DNA of 64,000 nucleotides from Candidatus Eutrophobius brisbanensis. Its GTDB lineage: Bacteria > Pseudomonadota > Gammaproteobacteria > Eutrophobiales > Eutrophobiaceae. Location of the stretch: contig JAYPQE010000003.1 of the NCBI GenBank assembly GCA_038131795.1, forward strand, positions 525,691 to 589,690, in the 5' to 3' direction. The position numbers and the translations under genes are program-made. The notes under the pieces were generated by a model that ran no database searches, had not been told where the DNA came from, and saw only the letters and a program-made list of their open reading frames with translations. This document shows, piece by piece, positions 59,527 to 64,000 of the stretch; within the stretch, counting starts at the first letter, position 1; every line of letters starts with the position of its first letter.

Positions 59527-61095
59527 ATGGGTGATATCAATGTGACTGCAATCACTATGTTTCTGATATTCATATCTGCAACACTGGGGATTACCTATTG
59601 GGCTGCAAAGCGAACAAAGTCAGCAAGTGATTATTATGCTGCAGGTGGAGGTATAACCGGTTTTCAAAATGGACTTGCCATTGCCGGGGATTACATGTCG
59701 GCCGCTTCCTTTCTCGGAATATCAGCACTCGTTTTTGCCTCCGGATTCGATGGGCTGATCTATTCCATTGGCTTTCTTGTAGGGTGGCCCATCATATTAT
59801 TTTTAATTGCTGAAAGATTACGTAACCTTGGTAAGTATACCTTTGCTGACGTCGCGTCTTATAGGTTACAGCAAAAGCCCATTCGATTGCTGTCAGCTTG
59901 TGGTTCTTTGGCGGTTATTTTGTTGTATCTGATCGCACAAATGGTTGGTGCAGGAAAATTGATACAGGTGTTGTTTGGTCTGCCATACGAGGTTGCTGTG
60001 GTATTGGTAGGAATACTGATGGTGATTTATGTCAGTGTCGGTGGCATGTTGGCAACTACCTGGGTACAAATCATCAAGGCGTGCCTGTTATTATTTGGCG
60101 CGACAGTTATGGCTTTTCTCGTACTGAAAAATCTTGATTTCTCTGTAAACAATATGTTCACTCAAGCTGTCAACATCCATGAAAAAGGCATTGCTATCAT
60201 GTCACCAGGGACATTGGTGTCAGATCCTGTATCTGCAATTTCGCTAGGGCTGGCTTTGATGTTTGGCACGGCGGGACTGCCGCACATATTAATGCGCTTC
60301 TTTACTGTACCCGATGCCAAGCAGGCAAGGCGGTCGGTGTTTTTTGCCACCGGCTTTATTGGATATTTTTACATTTTGACCTTTGTGATTGGCTTTGGAG
60401 CCATTGTCTTTATTTCCACCAACCCGGAATTTATGGATGAGGCAGGGGCGTTGCTAGGGGGTAATAATATGTCTGCCGTCCATCTGTCAAAGGCCATGGG
60501 AGGGGATATTCTGCTTGGATTTATATCTGCCGTTGCCTTTGCTACCATCCTGGCGGTGGTATCCGGATTGACCCTGGCAGGTGCCGCAGCAGTCTCCCAT
60601 GATTTATATGCTAATTGCATGAAAAATGGCCATGCGAATGAAGAACAGGAGGTGATGGTATCCAGGATGGCAACCATAGGCCTTGGGGTAGCGGCTATAT
60701 TACTGGGAATATTGTTTGAACAGCAAAATATAGCATTTATGGTGGGATTGGCATTTGCCATTGCTGCCAGCGCTAATTTTCCCGTCCTGTTTTACAGCAT
60801 GTTCTGGGAAAAGACGACAACCAGGGGGGCGATGATAGGTGGTTGGATAGGCCTCATTTCGGCTGTCACTCTGGTGATTCTTGGTCCCATAGTCTGGGTG
60901 GATATCCTTGGCAATGCTGAACCCATCTTTCCATATGTCTATCCAGCGGTGTTCTCAATGAGTGCTGGTATGATTTTTGTCTATGTATTTTCCGTCCTGG
61001 ACAAGAGTCAACGGGCAGAAGAGGAAAGAAAGGCATTTAGCGATCAATTTGTACGATCTATGACCGGCGTTGGAATCGAAACGGGTTCTCATTAA
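59527..61095 (+). CDS. actP: Cation/acetate symporter (SSS family)
   Basis: '[54 protein letters not shown]' is the SSF signature. 522 aa. Paired with yjcH-like gene. Confidence 0.85.
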   Translation: MGDINVTAITMFLIFISATLGITYWAAKRTKSASDYYAAGGGITGFQNGLAIAGDYMSAASFLGISALVFASGFDGLIYSIGFLVGWPIILFLIAERLRNLGKYTFADVASYRLQQKPIRLLSACGSLAVILLYLIAQMVGAGKLIQVLFGLPYEVAVVLVGILMVIYVSVGGMLATTWVQIIKACLLLFGATVMAFLVLKNLDFSVNNMFTQAVNIHEKGIAIMSPGTLVSDPVSAISLGLALMFGTAGLPHILMRFFTVPDAKQARRSVFFATGFIGYFYILTFVIGFGAIVFISTNPEFMDEAGALLGGNNMSAVHLSKAMGGDILLGFISAVAFATILAVVSGLTLAGAAAVSHDLYANCMKNGHANEEQEVMVSRMATIGLGVAAILLGILFEQQNIAFMVGLAFAIAASANFPVLFYSMFWEKTTTRGAMIGGWIGLISAVTLVILGPIVWVDILGNAEPIFPYVYPAVFSMSAGMIFVYVFSVLDKSQRAEEERKAFSDQFVRSMTGVGIETGSH

Positions 61096-61317
61096 TACTA
61101 AGATACAGCTTTTAATCGTTGCCTGTTTGCACCTAAATTCCCCTGAATTTTATACAGGTTTCTATTATTCTTGGTCTTATGAATACTGATTTTTAACGGT
61201 ACTTATAAGAAATTTACAAAAATCTAATTTACAACCAGGTATATATCTTTCACTATTGATTTTAGAAATATACTGAAATTGATGATTATGAGTATTAGAT
61301 GTAGCAGGAGATCATAA

Positions 61318-61800
61318 ATGGAATGGCACAGGGTGATACTGTCCGAAGCACAAATTGAAGAACAGGGTATGTTAAATAAACTGAAAGAATTGTCGTGTCT
61401 GCAAGGTTAAAATCCCATCTGCGCAAAGTGGACCATTTTCGTGAATTAGAAAAAATCCGTAACTATACCAACCGGATTTACAAAAATAGCAGGCAAATAT
61501 AATCTACCTGTGGGGATTGGCATTCATTACGGAGATGTTATGCTTGGCAATATAGGATCAGCAGAGCACCTGGGCTATTCTGCAATAGGTGAGACCGTTA
61601 TAACCTGGCTGCCAGACTATGTGGACATGCCAGCTAACTGGAAGTGAATATCTCTGAAGATGTAATGAATTTTGATAAATCTAACCCTGATTTTGAATTT
61701 TCAGAACCCAAATTAATTAACCTGAAAAGTCTGGATAGCCCGGTGCTCATATACCGGTTATCACATAAGTTTCACCGACTATCTAATCACAATCATCAAT
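61318..61800 (+). pseudogene. Decayed class-III adenylate/guanylate cyclase catalytic-domain remnant
   Basis: Frames give '..FTKIAGKYNLPVGIGIHYGDVMLGNIGSAEHLGYSAIGETV', then after a -1 shift 'YNLAARLCGHAS*', then 'NISEDVMNFDKSNPDFEFSEPKLINLKSLDSPVLIYRL'. This is the order of cyclase motifs (GxH.G.V..G.iG, GDTVNLAARL, then the C-terminal beta strands), interrupted by a frameshift and TAA. Confidence 0.45.
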
Positions 61801-61879
61801 AACCGGCTTGATTTTATATCGTATTGTAATAGCATTTCTGGTATGAAACTTGTGTGTAACTAACAGGTCATAATTAATT

Positions 61880-62236
61880 GTGATGAACAAGGCATTCAAC
61901 GTTAACTTATTGAGACTGACCGTTTGGCTGTGTACATGGCTGTTTTTAGCTGTTGTGAATGCTCAGAATACCATGCAGATAGAGAACCCCGGTGATCAGG
62001 CGGAGGAAGCTTTTAACCTGGTCCAAAATAGTAGTTCTCAATCTAATATACCCCCACCTCCTTCCGGAACCATTATTTTGCCTGATTCACTCGTAAATAA
62101 GCCTGATGAAGAAAAGAAATGTATGACGGTGTGTGCGAGATGGGGTGAAGAGTGTACATACATCAACCGTGGCGCCGGTGGAATGACAAGAAGTTGCAGG
62201 CGTACCTGCCAGCAATTTACGGAAGAGTGCTTCTAA
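61880..62236 (+). CDS. Small secreted cysteine-rich protein (hypothetical)
   Basis: Signal peptide 'LTVWLCTWLFLAVVNAQ'. Pro-rich linker. Six Cys in the last 45 aa ('CMTVCARWGEECTY..SCRRTCQQFTEEC'). Confidence 0.35.
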   Translation: MMNKAFNVNLLRLTVWLCTWLFLAVVNAQNTMQIENPGDQAEEAFNLVQNSSSQSNIPPPPSGTIILPDSLVNKPDEEKKCMTVCARWGEECTYINRGAGGMTRSCRRTCQQFTEECF

Positions 62237-62353
62237 TACTGAGATTTGTGGTCATCGGTGGCATCACGTCCAGGTAGATAGTTTTTTTCTCATAATTCGT
62301 TTTACGGATATTCCCCACCTTTGTAAAATGCCGGGTGTTTTAATATTAATAAT

Positions 62354-62438
62354 GCGAAAGTGGCGGAATTGGTAGACGCACTGGCTTTAGGTGCCAGCGG
62401 GGTAACCCGTGAGAGTTCGAGTCTCTCCTTTCGCACCA
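62354..62438 (+). tRNA. tRNA-Leu (anticodon TAG)
   Basis: 'GCGAAAGTGGCGGAATTGGTAGACGCACTGGCTTTAGGTGCCAGCGGGGTAACCCGTGAGAGTTCGAGTCTCTCCTTTCGCACCA'. Long variable arm. Anticodon loop TTTAGGT. Confidence 0.9.
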
Positions 62439-62485
62439 AATAACTATAACTAACTGAAATTAAAGATAAATTGCGAGAAATGACA

Positions 62486-63802
62486 ATGCAGGTATCAGTA
62501 GAATCTACAGGCGCCCTGAAACGGGAAATGAAAGTTACCATTCCAGAAGAAAAAATAGCTGGCGAGGTCAATAATCGTCTGGTGTCCATGTCGAAAACGA
62601 CAAAAATTGATGGCTTTCGTAAAGGTAAAGTACCTATGAAGGTGCTGGAGAAGCGTTATGGGCAACAGGTCAGACAGGAAGTCCTTGGAGAGGTGGTGCA
62701 GAACAGTTACTACGAAGCACTGCAGCAGGAGAAATTAACACCGGCAGGTTCACCTCAAATCAATCCCGTAGACAATGAAGGTGACGGTCTGATTTATACC
62801 GCTGTATTTGAGGTCATGCCTAAAGTATCTGTAGGTAATTTAGAAGATTTGGAGATTGATAAGACAAAGTGGGATATTTCAGATGATGATTATGAAACAA
62901 TGGTTGAGACATTGCGGAAACAACGTACTAATCTTGAGGAAGCTAATAGGGAATCCAGGTCCGGCGATACAGTAGAAATAGATTTTGATGGTTATATTGA
63001 CGATGAGCCGTTTGAAGGTGGTAGTGCCAAGGAATTTAAGCTTGAATTAGGGCAGAATAGGTTTATAGAAGGGTTTGAAGACGGATTAATAGGCAAAAAG
63101 GCAGGTAATCATGTTAGCCTTGAACTGAAATTTCCTGAAGAATATCACCAGGAAAGTGTTGCCGGTAAACCGGTCAGGTTTGAGGTAACGATTCATAAGA
63201 TTTTAGAACCCGTGTTACCAGAATTAAATGATGAATTTTTTGAGTTATTTGGCGTAAAAGAGGGCGGCGAAGAGGCTTTTAAAAAAGAAGTGTTAAATCA
63301 TATGAAAAAAGAGGCTGAATCAGCACAGCGCAATAAATTACGTGATTCGGTGATGAATAAGCTTTATGAAGCCAATCCTGTTGACCTGCCAGAGGCCCTT
63401 GTCCATGATGAGATTCACCGGTTGGAACATCAGTACCTGGAGCGTTTGCGTTCCTATGGTATCGATCCGGCTACCCAGAAAGATGCTGCACCGAATCATG
63501 ATATGTTCAGGGACCAGGCAAAAAAACGCGTGGCGTTACAGTTGCTTGTTATGGAAATCATTAAAAATCAAGGCTTTAAAGCCGATCCTGGAAAAGTGAG
63601 AGAGATTATAGAAAAAAATGCGGCAAATTATGAAGACCCAGAAGTCGTGAAAAACTGGTATTACCAGGAAAAACAGCGCTTGGCCGAGATCGAAGCCGTG
63701 GTTTTGGAAGATCAGGTCATAGACTGGGTCTGTGATAATGCAAAAATTAATCAAGTTGACGTAAAATTTGACGATTTGATGAATAACGGGCAGACTGCCT
63801 AA
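62486..63802 (+). CDS. tig: Trigger factor
   Basis: 'MQVSVESTGALKREMKVTIPEE', FKBP-like middle domain. 439 aa. Followed by clpP. The ORF-track start at 62471 is TTG; the ATG at 62486 is preferred. Confidence 0.9.
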   Translation: MQVSVESTGALKREMKVTIPEEKIAGEVNNRLVSMSKTTKIDGFRKGKVPMKVLEKRYGQQVRQEVLGEVVQNSYYEALQQEKLTPAGSPQINPVDNEGDGLIYTAVFEVMPKVSVGNLEDLEIDKTKWDISDDDYETMVETLRKQRTNLEEANRESRSGDTVEIDFDGYIDDEPFEGGSAKEFKLELGQNRFIEGFEDGLIGKKAGNHVSLELKFPEEYHQESVAGKPVRFEVTIHKILEPVLPELNDEFFELFGVKEGGEEAFKKEVLNHMKKEAESAQRNKLRDSVMNKLYEANPVDLPEALVHDEIHRLEHQYLERLRSYGIDPATQKDAAPNHDMFRDQAKKRVALQLLVMEIIKNQGFKADPGKVREIIEKNAANYEDPEVVKNWYYQEKQRLAEIEAVVLEDQVIDWVCDNAKINQVDVKFDDLMNNGQTA

Positions 63803-63836
63803 ATTACTATTTACATGAATAAATGTTGGTAACACT

Positions 63837-64000
63837 ATGAAAAATGGGGAAGTTAAAGCGCTTAATCTAATCCCAATGGTGGTGGAGCAAACCTCCAGAG
63901 GCGAGCGGTCCTACGATATTTACTCCAGGCTACTGAAGGAGCGGGTGGTGTTTCTGGTTGGACCGGTGGAGGACAATGTGGCTAACCTCATTGTCGCTCA
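63837..64000 (+). CDS. clpP: ATP-dependent Clp protease proteolytic subunit (N-terminal part; continues beyond window)
   Basis: '[55 protein letters not shown]' is a canonical ClpP N-terminus. tig-clpP order. Confidence 0.85.
   Translation, partial: MKNGEVKALNLIPMVVEQTSRGERSYDIYSRLLKERVVFLVGPVEDNVANLIVA

Noticed and set aside
62302-62589. Minus-strand ORF of 95 aa
   Set aside because: It overlaps tRNA-Leu and the tig start on the opposite strand. Spurious.

Overview
This 64-kb window is probably from an AT-rich proteobacterial methylotroph. The rpsT/murJ adjacency is beta-proteobacterial-like, and mtd/fch C1 genes are present. The window has four parts.

(1) 1..20.4 kb is an AT-rich capsule/EPS locus. 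It carries wecB and wecC (UDP-ManNAcA precursors). There are three large multidomain glycosyltransferases that share a reiterated ~37-aa 'DWY..YPDV..NP..HYL..G.EGR.P.F' motif. It also carries GT4 enzymes, two pyruvyl-transferase homologues (one truncated), a putative sulfotransferase, two SAM methyltransferases and a CE4-like deacetylase. Export genes are kpsD, kpsE, kpsT and kpsM. Two of the glycosyltransferases carry homopolymeric tracts (G9, A10/A9) that look phase-variable.

(2) 21..35 kb is a core housekeeping block: mip/fkpA-like, tRNA-Pro, ispB, rplU-rpmA-obgE-proB, rpsT, murJ-ribF-ileS-lspA-ispH. It is interspersed with a family of 'CGTCATTC...' REP/MITE-like palindromes.

(3) 35.2..47.0 kb is a ~11.8-kb composite integrative island inserted at tRNA-Thr(CGT), bounded by 20-bp att direct repeats. 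It carries a P4-type integrase, AlpA, a second tyrosine recombinase and duplicated small genes. Its main cargo is a 1197-aa protein that fuses an Mrr-like nuclease, an SF2 DEAH helicase and eight near-identical 207-bp tandem helicase-associated (HA) repeats. This gene is flanked by ~230-bp direct repeats. It is the best candidate for an undescribed defence-type system in the window.

(4) 47..64 kb is core again: a TrkA-C anion transporter, a macro-domain pseudogene, mtd/fch, nadC, agcS, a retropepsin-like protease, ampD/ampE, lpxH, ppiB, cysS, a four-tRNA cluster, yjcH-actP, a decayed class-III cyclase remnant, tRNA-Leu, tig and the start of clpP.
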